Shown here one piece after another: positions 1 to 10,078 of a stretch of 64,000 bases of DNA. Below the pieces are notes generated by a model, which worked only from the letters and a program-made list of their open reading frames with translations, was not told the DNA's origin and did not search any database. Made by a program: the position numbers and the translations under genes. Source of the DNA: Flectonema sp. DT1601 (Eukaryota); NCBI GenBank assembly GCA_964019425.1, contig OZ025805.1:372001-436000 (forward strand), given 5' to 3'. Position 1 is the stretch's first letter, and each line of letters starts with the position of its first letter.

Positions 1-1042
1 ATCTATTTCAATAATTCCTCTCATTGTTGTTCGCTTCTCAGCTTCGGACTTTATGAGCGCCAAGGAAGGAAGTTACGATGATGTTGAAGGTCCCAGAGAT
101 CCACCCATTACGTCTGTTAACATCACAGATACATGTGGCGAATACTAAAGATGCCGGGCAGGCAAGCTTCTTTCAGAGATTGTTGCCTATGAGATGGTAG
201 TTGCACACATTCATACAGCGCAGAAACTGCTGAAACTCAACCCCAGGTAGAGAACAGTACTGTGTGTATGAGATAGTGTCTTTTAGAGGGGAGTTATTAT
301 TAACTAGGTCATCATGTTTTCAACAGTAACAGTAATCGCCTCTCTCCTTTTTCTTGATACATGGAGGAGTTTTATACTATGGTACCACTCGAGGTTACTA
401 GTTCATCTTGAACCTGATTTTTCATGTCAGGTGTTACAACTGACAGGCAACCACTGACTTCCACCTTCTTGTCCCTGTTCTTCCACAATTCCTTTCCTAC
501 TTCTATCCCAGTCTTATTCACTTCTGCTATCCCCAGCCACTGGAACATAGAGTTTGTAGCAGTGTCCTCAAGCAGCTATAGATTCCAGATAAATTCCAGT
601 AATCCTGAGGGTGTACTTATTGTGAGTAGCATGCTCACATTGCTCAACCCATCACTGCCAGCAAGGGTGACTCAGAATCACCACCCGATATCGTACTCTG
701 CAGTTCTCACGGGATCTATGATTCTCCTGTCTCATCACTTCTCCTGTTCCTATCATTCCGGTCTTCATAGGAATCCAGGGTGTAAACAAATTTCTGCAAT
801 GTAGCTGCTAAGCTGGTTTTTGAGTATTTTGAGGGCAACCAACAGAGATACAAGGCAAAAGTACCAGAAACAGTCAAAAAATATGGAATTTTGAAACTGG
901 TGAGCAGTTAGAGGATGCCCCAGTACCGGATTTGAGTTTTTTGGATAGTATTTTCGTGGGGTGGTGAGCTCGGATTGGGTGTTAGGTGCCCACAGAATAG
1001 CCTGGTAAAAATTGGGGGGGGGGGGGTTTCTGCACCGCCTCA

Positions 1043-1807
1043 TATTTTATTGCATGGCATTTGCTCCAGATCGAAGTTATTATTATTTTTAAAACAGCTA
1101 CCCGGATGTACATTATTTTAGACAGAGGCTATCCGAAATTTTCAACTTTTTCATTATAGTTTTTTATAAACAATGTTTTTTTTTAATCTAAACTTCCATC
1201 ACAGGATACTTTTTCTCACCACAAGAACTCTTGCGATGCAGGTTTCTGTAGTGTTTCCCGACTCAGGATTTGGAGATGCAGTTTTGACATCAACATCAGA
1301 GTCTGTCGTACGTGATGTTATAGAAACAGTTAACTGAGGAATGGGATGTTGACTCAGAATTTATTGAGATGATGGTATTGCGGTGATGTTTTTTAGAAAG
1401 GAATGGTTTTACTGATTTGAATAAGATAAATAAATTGCTAACACCGAGTAATGACATTTATTTTGAACAATAAAATTAGATTAGACTTGTGAGACATTTA
1501 GCCCTGATCAGTAGCATAGGATCAGAGTTTATATTCGGTTGGGAATATTTGAAAAAAATAAGCAGGGAAGTTCTCCATTGATATCGGAAATGAGTACCTA
1601 GGCATGGGTCACATCCTTGTAGTGTTCACTTTTATTCATTCAGGTCACTGAAACAGATGAATCCTTTAGTAAAACAGTATTCATACCCCTTTGAGGGAAT
1701 GTAATTACATGTCGCATCCTCGTAGTATTCGATACCCAGATGTCACTTGTACGAGTTCTTTCTAACAGAACCTTTCCCACCTCACAGCAAATTATTTAAA
1801 AAAGACA
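1043..1807 (+). repeat. Duplicated upstream segment of Ubl-LRR genes (second copy about 11386-12181)
   Basis: Near-identical sequence from ATATTTTATTGCATGGCATT to CACAGCAAATTATTTAAAAAA in both places. Confidence 0.85.
1236..1400 (+). pseudogene. Divergent, frameshifted 5' fragment of a ubiquitin-like domain gene (second copy from 11565)
   Basis: MQVSVVFPDSGFGDAVLTSTSESVVRDVIETVN* resembles the MQVFVTCPDWGLPAVTVTAGADSVVNDVL N-terminus; GAGGAATGGGATGTT (EEWDV) follows out of frame. Confidence 0.65.
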
Positions 1808-2369
1808 ATGCAAGTTTTTGTGACGTGTCCTGATTGGGGACTCCCCGCAGTGACAGTGACGGCTGGTGCTGATTCAGTTGTGAACGACGTGTTGACAGAG
1901 GCTGCTGAGGAATGGGATGTGGATCCGGAGGAAGTTGAACTCTCGTTTGCTGGTGATACCCTTTGCGAAATTGATCGGCTGGCAGATCATGGAGTGGTTG
2001 CAAACAGCGAGTTGGAAATGTGGAAGAAGCAGTTTAGGATATTCGGTAAAAGCTGGTTTGTTGATGATGCAAAACGGGAGCAGCTGCTTCTTTGGATGAG
2101 AGATCACATTGCGGAGTATTTATGTCTGGACACTGCCACATTCGCAGAAGATGGTTGCCTAACTGTTGACGGTGACCTTCTTCCTTCAGATGCCGAACAG
2201 GTAGCTTTCCGCAATTCAAATTCCAACAGCACAGCCATGTCATCAGTTACCACTATCGGAGATGAGTTCTTGTCTTCCTGTTCACAAATTACTTCTCTTG
2301 ACCTTTCAAGTCTTAGTAGTGTCACCACTATAGGAAACTTATTCTTGTCTTCCTGTTCACAAATCACTT

Positions 2370-2437
2370 GGGATCACGACACCTGCCTCCTCGCGGCGGT
2401 CCCGGACGACTTCGATAGGGGTCGACAAAACAGTGTC
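2370..2437 (+). ncRNA. HDV-like self-cleaving ribozyme at the LINE 5' end
   Basis: P1 GGGATC/GGTCCC; P2 GACAC(C)T/AGTGTC; P3 GCC/GGC with loop TCCTCGC; P1.1 CC/GG; P4 CGACTTC/GGGGTCG; J4/2 with C2426 followed by As. P1 is 6 bp and P2 is bulged, so the fold is slightly non-canonical. Confidence 0.72.
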
Positions 2438-5341
2438 AAACACAAGAGATGCCAACAACATCAAAACCATCAAAACCAGCTACAACATCCAGAGCATACA
2501 AACCCTGGCTTGTCAAATAAAGAACGGAATAAACTAGCCCATGCCTTGAATGGCAATGGTGGACCAGGAAAGGACAGCAGAGACCGACGCCCGCGAGACG
2601 ATACTCGCGACAGGGACGAAAACCGTCCAAACAAGGAGGAACGTCGCATAGCGAAGCTCGAGAAAGAGAAACTCGACTCGCTAGACGAGATAGAGGAAGA
2701 GAAGCAACGACTGGGGCAGCAGAGAATGGCCATGGAACAGCACCACCACCAGAAGGAAACCAACCTTCAAGGACAAGAAAAACAGTTGGAACAGCAACGC
2801 CAACACCAACAACAAGAACTGCAAAGTCAGTACCACCAACAACAGCAGCAACTGCAAAGCCATCATCAGCTGAAGGAAACGGAAAGTCTCCAGAAGGAGC
2901 AAAACCTACAGGCTCAACTCAAGGAGCGACACCAGCACCAACAGAAGGAATTGGAGAAGCAATACCGCCAACAACAACAGCAACTGGAAAGCCAACAGCA
3001 GAAGAAGGACGCCGAGTCTGAACAGCAAACACATCTGACTCGGTCACAACTACAGAAGGAAAAGGAATCCTTCCAGACAGAGAAGGAACGGCTCCACCTC
3101 CAGCTGGATCAGCAGTTGAAGAACGAGAAGGAGCACCTCCACCAACAACTCCAACAGAAGGAAGACGAGGTTCGTAAAGAAAAGTTAGCAGAGAGAATAG
3201 AACTCCAACAACTGCGAGATGAACTAACTCAACAAGAACAGAACATCCAACGACGTGAGGAAGAGGTGAACCGAGGACAGCACCAACTACACCAACAACA
3301 ACAACAACTAGAGCAGCAGCAACAGCAATCGCAACATCAGCAACTGGAACTACAACAACAACGGCAACAACAGCAACAGCAACAACAGCATCAACAACTG
3401 GAACTGGAACAACAACAACTACAACAGCAACAGCAACTGCAACAACATCGACAACCGCAACAACAACCGCAACAGCAACCCGTACACTACATGCAACATC
3501 AACCGTATGCAACGTACGACACCTACGCCCAGCAGCAGCAGTCTTCCCACTACGAAGGGCTACAACAGGAACTGAAGCGGGAAAGAGAGGAGAAGAGCGA
3601 ACTACGCGAGATGCTCCGAACTCTCCAACAACAACTGGACGGATTGAGAGAAGAACTCAAGGCCCAACATGCTGAGGCGAAGAGGCAGCAGGAAACGGCG
3701 GGACGAGAAGCGAGAGAGATGCAAGAACGTTTCTTGCTAGAACTCGAAGCGGAACGGGTCCAGATCAGAGGGCTCAACTCACTGAGAGAAGAGGAAGAGG
3801 AACTTCAGATGGACACCACCCCTGATCAGGAAGCAAACACGGAAGTGAAGCAAACGCCACCAGTGAAGCTGCCCCAAGACGGTATGAGGGAGCTGGACGC
3901 CTCACGCAAGAAGCTGATGAAAGAAATCAATGAAGGGCAGGTAGCCGGACGATCGGCCATCCAAGAGCAGATGGTCCGAGAGGCCGGGAGACTGGCGCAG
4001 ACTCAGAAGAGCTGGGAGAACGCAGCACGCAAGGAGCGATCCAGGGTGGATAACCTCTCGCTGGCACCGGAATACTGGCCAGAGGGAATGGCGATCACGA
4101 AGGAGCAGTACGACGCCGGTGCAAAGGGAGTACACCTCACCACCAGAGAGGAGGCAAGGAAGAGGATGTCGGGAACACCTCCGGGAGCCTGGGAAACGTT
4201 ATCCCTGGTAACCCTGGAACCACCATCAGACACGGCGCAGAAAGTACAGGTAGTACTAAAGGAGACGACGAGCGACGGCGAGAAGAGAATTCTCAAGCAG
4301 CTCTGGATGACAACACTGGGAAGAGTGGTTGTACCATCCGGAACAGACGTCGTGCGGACGGAAAGCACGAGGGAGATGGTTGTCCGGGTGGACAAAAAAT
4401 GGTCCGGAGAGAAGAGATGGTCGGAAGTGAAGCGCTCCCCGTTCAGGGCAACGGAGGAATTGAAGAAGATGCCGGGGTATGTCGATACGTACAACCCGCG
4501 GATCGGAGACCAGAGCGTGACCGTGATGCTCAGGGTGAAGGTAGCCGAAGTGAAGAACTTCCTCCGAGAATCGGGGAAGGACGGCGTCTTCACCAAGGAA
4601 AAGGATCCGAGAGAGGAACGAGCAGTGAAGGCGGCGGTCATTTGGCTACCGAAGGACGAGACGCTCGGAATCGCTCGGGACAAGGCTGTAGAAGTCGATG
4701 GAGGGCTGGGACTCGTGGTAAACGAACACGGACTCGGGCTTCGAGTGACCAGCTGGCAGGAAACGGCGGCGAGGGAGAAACTGCACCTGCCGGCTAAGCT
4801 ACCGGAAACAAAGATCACGGGTATCCCGATCGGCACAACCACCGACGAAGCGATCAAGTGGCTGATCACGAAGGAAGGCTGGGAAGTGAGGAAGACGAAG
4901 GAAGGCGTACGGAACGGCATGCGATGGATGGTCGTCCGCGGTCCGGTGAGAACGCAGGAAACCATCACAGTGGATGGCGTCCTGTGCATGGTGGAGGCTG
5001 GGAAACAGAAGGAGGAAGTCGACCCGAAACGGAAGGAGACCAAACGCCCGAATGCGACACCGACGAAACCAGAGAAAAGGCGTGACCCGACGGAGGGAAC
5101 GGGAGGAAAGTGGTACACTCGATTGGAGTTCATCGAGTTTCATGGGAAGAAGAAGGGACAACGCCTATGGTTAGAAGCCAGCAACCCAACACCAACTACG
5201 ACGGCACCTACGAAGACAGCGACCGCAACGACAACAGCGAGAAAGGAGCCCAAGTCGACAAAAAAGAAGGAGAACAGCTCAGTGGACGAGAGATTGGACC
5301 GACTGGAACGTCTACTGATGGCGTTCATGGAACGGAATTGA
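2370..5341 (+). CDS. LINE ORF1: Q/E-rich coiled coil plus globular C-terminal region; true start uncertain
   Basis: Open from the element 5' end (in frame with host ATG 1808) to TGA 5339-5341; first in-frame ATG is only at about 2725. Confidence 0.85.
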
Positions 5342-8300
5342 CCGGCGGAGGACGGAAGGAACTGGGCGGAGACACGGAGACGTCTCCTGCTACAAGCTGG
5401 CGACGTTGAGAGGAACCCCGGACCGAGACCACGAATCGATGGGCTCACCGTGGGAACAATCAATGTCACCACACTAGAAGGAAAAATAGATGCCATCACA
5501 GATCTGAACCTAGATCTGATAGCTCTACAGGAAACTTCTCTGACGGGCCCACAGCAACGCCAGATGAAAAAACAGCTCGGTGAGAGAGGATGGGAGGCGA
5601 CGTTCGGGTTAGAGTGCAAATTACTAACCGATGGGCAAAAGACGTGGACGGCGGCGGGAGGCGTGGCCATCTTGACGCGCACTGGTACACCGGTGAGAAG
5701 GATAAAACACGATCGGCTCGACAACACAGGACGATTCGTACACGCGGGAGTGTCGTACGGAAATGGCAAGGTACTGCACGTTTTCTCGTTCTACGGAGAC
5801 GTACGTTCGGCGGTCTACACGGAAGAGTTGATTGCGGAGATGCTCGTGGAAGCAGCAGCTCTGGGTGATGTTCCCGTATTTATAGCGGGGGACTTCAACG
5901 TCGAAACAACGGAATCGCCGGCGCTTCTGTCGGCTTTCGCACACGGACTCTGGATAGATGCCGCCGTCTCGATGGGAAACATGACACCGACAAGCGAAGC
6001 GGGAAAAGGACTTCGTAGAATCGATGCTATTCTGATGAACCGCGGGGCGGCGACAGCAATCTCGAATGACACAACGATCCATGTGCATAAGAGTGAGCTG
6101 ATCCCGACACACAAGCCGGTCATCATTAGAAAGCTCAACATCTCACGCTACAACGAGAAGGCTCCTAGGCTGATAGTACCGAAACAGTTGGATACCTCCG
6201 AGACAACGGACCCGCGTGAGGGGAAGGCCGAAAGGCAACTCCACTGGACGCGAGCTGTAGCGACGGAAGATCCTGACAAGATGCTGGAGGCGCTTGGAGA
6301 GATCATCGAAAGATACCTTCTGACGGGAAAGCTGGAGATAAGTAACCCAGCCAAGTACAAGGGACGCGGGAAGAAGCGTGAGCCTGTGATGTGGACGAAC
6401 GCGGCGAAACAAGACGGGAGAGGAGCGACGTGCAGGGAAACGCGGAGAAGACTGCAGAAGATACGTGTTCTGGAGGAAGTGATGAAAATCACAAAGCAAC
6501 GCGATGGTCCGACGGTGCCGTCCCACGAAGTAATGAAACTCTGGAAAAAATTACGAAAACTCGATCCGACGACGGGATCCGAAATACCACAGACGGAGGA
6601 GCTTCGGATACTACTACAACAAGCGAGACAGGAGCAAGCGATAGAAAGCAAGAAGCTCCGAACTGAACGCATCCGCATGTGGAAACGGAATGTTGTCGAC
6701 AATTGGAATGACGACCGCACGAAGGTTTTCCAGTGGATCAGGAACGTCGAGCAATCGAAGACTGTTCTGATGGAAAAGGCAGATGGAAGCTGGACGGCCA
6801 ACTGCTCCGAGATGGATGAGGCCATGCACGCGGCATGGGACCCCATACTCAAAAAGTACTTGTCAGACCCGGAACCAGACTGGATGAAGTTCGAAGAACG
6901 GTACAGCAACTACATCGAGGAACACCCGATGCGATGCGAAGATATCACCGGGGAGGACGTTGCAAAAGCCCTCAGAAGGACTAGCTCGCGCAAAGCAGCT
7001 GGGGTAGACGGCTTCAGGATATCGGAGCTCAAGTTGCTACCGGAGGACATGATCCAGATGATAGCGGAATTCTACAACATAGTGGAGAGAACACACTGGC
7101 CGGAAGCACTTCTCACGGCACTGGTGTCGGCCATACCCAAAGGGGCAGGGACGAAACCACTGGAGCAGAGACCCATTACGGTGACATCCGCACTTTACAG
7201 GCTATGGGGCTGTATACGTATGGAAAAGGATGTAATGGAGTGGCAAGAAAAGTGGGCTCACGACGGGCAGTACGGCTACCGGAAGGGGAGATCTACGCTC
7301 GACCTCAGCTGGAAGATAGCACTAGACGTGGAACACGCAACTCTCTACGGAGAAGAGATTGCTGGAGTGACCACGGACTTCAGGAAGTGTTTTGACCTGA
7401 TCCCGCACGACATCCTCCTGAAATTAGTGAAGGAATTGGGCCTCGGTAATAAGATCCTGAGAACTGTGACGGATGTCTACCGGCGACTCAGAAGGAGATT
7501 CAAGTTCCCGAGCGGCGTCGGAGAAGAATTTGCCACCACCAACGGAATACTGCAAGGATGCCCGCTCAGCGTGGTGCTCTTCAATGCGCTGAGCTCGATA
7601 CTCAGCAAAGCAATCGAGAGGGAAGCCGATGTGACGCCCGGATCGTATGCGGACGACCTGACATTGTTTGGATCACGAACGAAGCTACAAGAAGGCGTGG
7701 AAGTCGTTGCGGAGTTCTGCACCCTGACCGGACAAGAACTCGCGCCTCAGAAATGCAAGTGGTTCTCGAACAGAGACCAGAGCCAGACCAACATCACAAT
7801 GGGGGACACAACACTGGACTTCGATGACAGTGTCGATATCGTGGGATGCCACCTCAGTATGAAAGGAACCACCAAGCAGATGGGGAGGATCACAGAAGAA
7901 GTGCTCGATAGAGCGAGGCGAATCCGGTTACTTCCGCTCAGATATCAAGCGAAGGAACAGATAGCTGCAGCTAGTGTCATGCCCAAGGCGCTCTTCGGAA
8001 CGGCACTGTACGATCCCGATGCGACGCGACTCGGACTGCTGAGAAGAGCAATGGCAACGGGGATTTTCCGCAAACTTGGAGGGAAAAGAACTAAGATGTC
8101 GCACACCATGGGCCTAACGCTACTCTGCAAGGGACATTGTGTGGATCCCGCGACGTACATTAGGTACAACAGACTCCTTGCACTCACCAGAATGCTACCG
8201 AAGCTAACTGAGAGGATACGCAGGGTATGGGAACACCTGCAAGAGCACACTGAAGCGACGAGAGGACCAGTCGGCCTCGCCCTGAGTACTCTGAAGGAAC

Positions 8301-10078
8301 TTGGATGGGAATGGTCAACTTTCTCGGTCTTCGAAGGTCCGGGAGGGACGACCGAACACGGACGGCTGGATGCGGGGCGCTGGCGGCACGATGTCAGAGA
8401 GGCGTGCAGGCGTTTCACCTGGAACAAAACAATTGCGGAAACGAGACGGGTAAACCTGAGAGGTATTGAAGCGGGCATCGACCGGAAAGAGACCCTGAAG
8501 GTCCTGAAGGAAGGAAAGGGCGACCCCTACCTGCGCGGAGTAGTGAAGCACTGCCTCCTGGACAACGTGTACACTGGTTCGATGAAGGCGGGAAACAAGA
8601 ACTGCGCGCACTGCGAGGAGGTTGACGACGTAGAGAGGACGGAGACCCTCGAGCACGTGAACTGGGATTGCAGAGCTTATGACACGATCCGACAGGAATA
8701 CCCGCAAGTGATGCTACAAGTTCGAAGCGATTGGCCCAATTGCCTGAGGCTACTCGGCATCAAGCCCGACAATGTGGAACTGCCGGCGGGGCTCACCGGA
8801 GACCTACAACGAATGTTCGCACGGATCAGGCTCCGCAGGGACGAGTACCAACAACTGGAGGAGAGACGGCTGACGGTTGTGGAATACGCTGGGAACAAAG
8901 AACCGGAAGTAGTTATGCGATACAACAACAAACTGGAAAAGTACATGCCAGTATACACCCAATGGCCCGAAGCCCTTGGATTGACCTTGTACTTAGCGCT
9001 TGCGAGCTACCTGAGGGAACTGAAGTGGCCTCGACAGCCAGACGGGGTCGGAGTCACCTTCCTGGAATTAGCGATCGACTTCGAAGCGTATGCGGGGGTT
9101 GACATACCGACCACAGTCCACGAAGGCCACGTAGCGAAGTGCACCAAAGACAGAGCCGCCGGGAAGAAAGCTGACGTCATGTGTGGACTGATGCTAAGAT
9201 TGAACTTGGTTCACAAGCATTTAGAAGGCGAGGAACAAAGAACCTTTCCCGACTACTGCGTAGGAAGCAACAAAGCCTTACGTCCACTAGGAGCCCCGGT
9301 ACTGAAAGGTTTGAAGAAACGACCAGCTTTTCTGATGGGAGACGAAACAGTAGACACAATTCGGAGGACGGTCCAAGAGGCGAACGACGGAAAAGCTGAC
9401 AAAATCAGATTCGGCTTCGAGACTGAGTGCAGGCACTCGAGCGAGAGGGAAGGGAGAGCGGAGAAATGGATAACCGCGGCACGACTTTTCCCATCAAAGG
9501 AAAAAGACGTACAGCTGAGGAGGGAGCTCTGCGAGCGAGGACCGACACGCCCGCCACCCGAGGTCGTCAAGAGACCGGGCATCGCGGAGGGACAAGGAAC
9601 GATGAACTCGACGTGCTACGGACACTTCAAGAAGAAATGCAATAGTTGTCGACGGGCCGGAAACACCATCTACCAGTGCTGCCACAACCATCACACTCTG
9701 GGGGATGAAGATGGACAAATACCGATATGGGACTTTTGCAGCAAGCACAAGCTTACTCCATGTGCAGTCTGCATAGTGATCGGCAGAGGATCTGAGCAAT
9801 GTTGCAGAAACAGCCACCACCGATGCCGTCACCACGAGATGGCTCCCTGCAACGACTGCAAGCGGAATCCGGATCCGGAACAACGGACTGCCACGAAATG
9901 CTGCAACAAAAAGCATCACGGGCCAATTATAAGGACGTTGACGAGGAGGGCGAAGCAGCCGACGAAGCATGATATGCAAACCAGCACATCGCTTCTAAAA
10001 TTAGGTTTCACCAAACAAATGAAACCAAAAGCAGAGGAAACCCCTGAAAGGGAACCCCAGGACAAGGGGTTAACTTAG
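5342..10078 (+). CDS. LINE ORF2: 2A peptide, APE endonuclease, reverse transcriptase, CCHC zinc finger, C-terminal Cys/His repeats
   Basis: APE motifs TINV, IALQET, GGVAIL, AGDFN, RIDAIL, PTHKP; RT motifs QRPIT, DFRKCFD, GILQGCPLS, YADD (7646-7657); CAHC...ETLEHVNWDC; frame is open from the base after the ORF1 stop. Confidence 0.95.
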   Translation, partial: PAEDGRNWAETRRRLLLQAGDVERNPGPRPRIDGLTVGTINVTTLEGKIDAITDLNLDLIALQETSLTGPQQRQMKKQLGERGWEATFGLECKLLTDGQKTWTAAGGVAILTRTGTPVRRIKHDRLDNTGRFVHAGVSYGNGKVLHVFSFYGDVRSAVYTEELIAEMLVEAAALGDVPVFIAGDFNVETTESPALLSAFAHGLWIDAAVSMGNMTPTSEAGKGLRRIDAILMNRGAATAISNDTTIHVHKSELIPTHKPVIIRKLNISRYNEKAPRLIVPKQLDTSETTDPREGKAERQLHWTRAVATEDPDKMLEALGEIIERYLLTGKLEISNPAKYKGRGKKREPVMWTNAAKQDGRGATCRETRRRLQKIRVLEEVMKITKQRDGPTVPSHEVMKLWKKLRKLDPTTGSEIPQTEELRILLQQARQEQAIESKKLRTERIRMWKRNVVDNWNDDRTKVFQWIRNVEQSKTVLMEKADGSWTANCSEMDEAMHAAWDPILKKYLSDPEPDWMKFEERYSNYIEEHPMRCEDITGEDVAKALRRTSSRKAAGVDGFRISELKLLPEDMIQMIAEFYNIVERTHWPEALLTALVSAIPKGAGTKPLEQRPITVTSALYRLWGCIRMEKDVMEWQEKWAHDGQYGYRKGRSTLDLSWKIALDVEHATLYGEEIAGVTTDFRKCFDLIPHDILLKLVKELGLGNKILRTVTDVYRRLRRRFKFPSGVGEEFATTNGILQGCPLSVVLFNALSSILSKAIEREADVTPGSYADDLTLFGSRTKLQEGVEVVAEFCTLTGQELAPQKCKWFSNRDQSQTNITMGDTTLDFDDSVDIVGCHLSMKGTTKQMGRITEEVLDRARRIRLLPLRYQAKEQIAAASVMPKALFGTALYDPDATRLGLLRRAMATGIFRKLGGKRTKMSHTMGLTLLCKGHCVDPATYIRYNRLLALTRMLPKLTERIRRVWEHLQEHTEATRGPVGLALSTLKELGWEWSTFSVFEGPGGTTEHGRLDAGRWRHDVREACRRFTWNKTIAETRRVNLRGIEAGIDRKETLKVLKEGKGDPYLRGVVKHCLLDNVYTGSMKAGNKNCAHCEEVDDVERTETLEHVNWDCRAYDTIRQEYPQVMLQVRSDWPNCLRLLGIKPDNVELPAGLTGDLQRMFARIRLRRDEYQQLEERRLTVVEYAGNKEPEVVMRYNNKLEKYMPVYTQWPEALGLTLYLALASYLRELKWPRQPDGVGVTFLELAIDFEAYAGVDIPTTVHEGHVAKCTKDRAAGKKADVMCGLMLRLNLVHKHLEGEEQRTFPDYCVGSNKALRPLGAPVLKGLKKRPAFLMGDETVDTIRRTVQEANDGKADKIRFGFETECRHSSEREGRAEKWITAARLFPSKEKDVQLRRELCERGPTRPPPEVVKRPGIAEGQGTMNSTCYGHFKKKCNSCRRAGNTIYQCCHNHHTLGDEDGQIPIWDFCSKHKLTPCAVCIVIGRGSEQCCRNSHHRCRHHEMAPCNDCKRNPDPEQRTATKCCNKKHHGPIIRTLTRRAKQPTKHDMQTSTSLLKLGFTKQMKPKAEETPEREPQDKGLT
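5381..5425 (+). other. 2A/StopGo ribosome-skipping peptide RLLLQAGDVERNPGP
   Basis: Exact D(V/I)ExNPGP match with the typical upstream LLLxxG, in the ORF1/ORF2 frame. Confidence 0.92.

Noticed and set aside
1..1040. Possible end of a mobile element or decayed gene at the window edge
   Set aside because: No recognisable motif, partner end or TSD visible within the window
5339..5341. Selenocysteine or genome-wide UGA reassignment
   Set aside because: No SECIS recognised, and host genes here (kinase, CCCH, 60297-60590) terminate at TGA
5450..5452. GTG start for ORF2 given by the ORF track
   Set aside because: The frame is open 36 codons further upstream, through the 2A motif to the ORF1 stop; the GTG is an internal Val of the APE beta strand
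2436..9979. Many antisense and alternate-frame ORFs within the LINE (e.g. 4003-5133)
   Set aside because: Shadows of a GC-rich, codon-biased sense ORF, with no motifs
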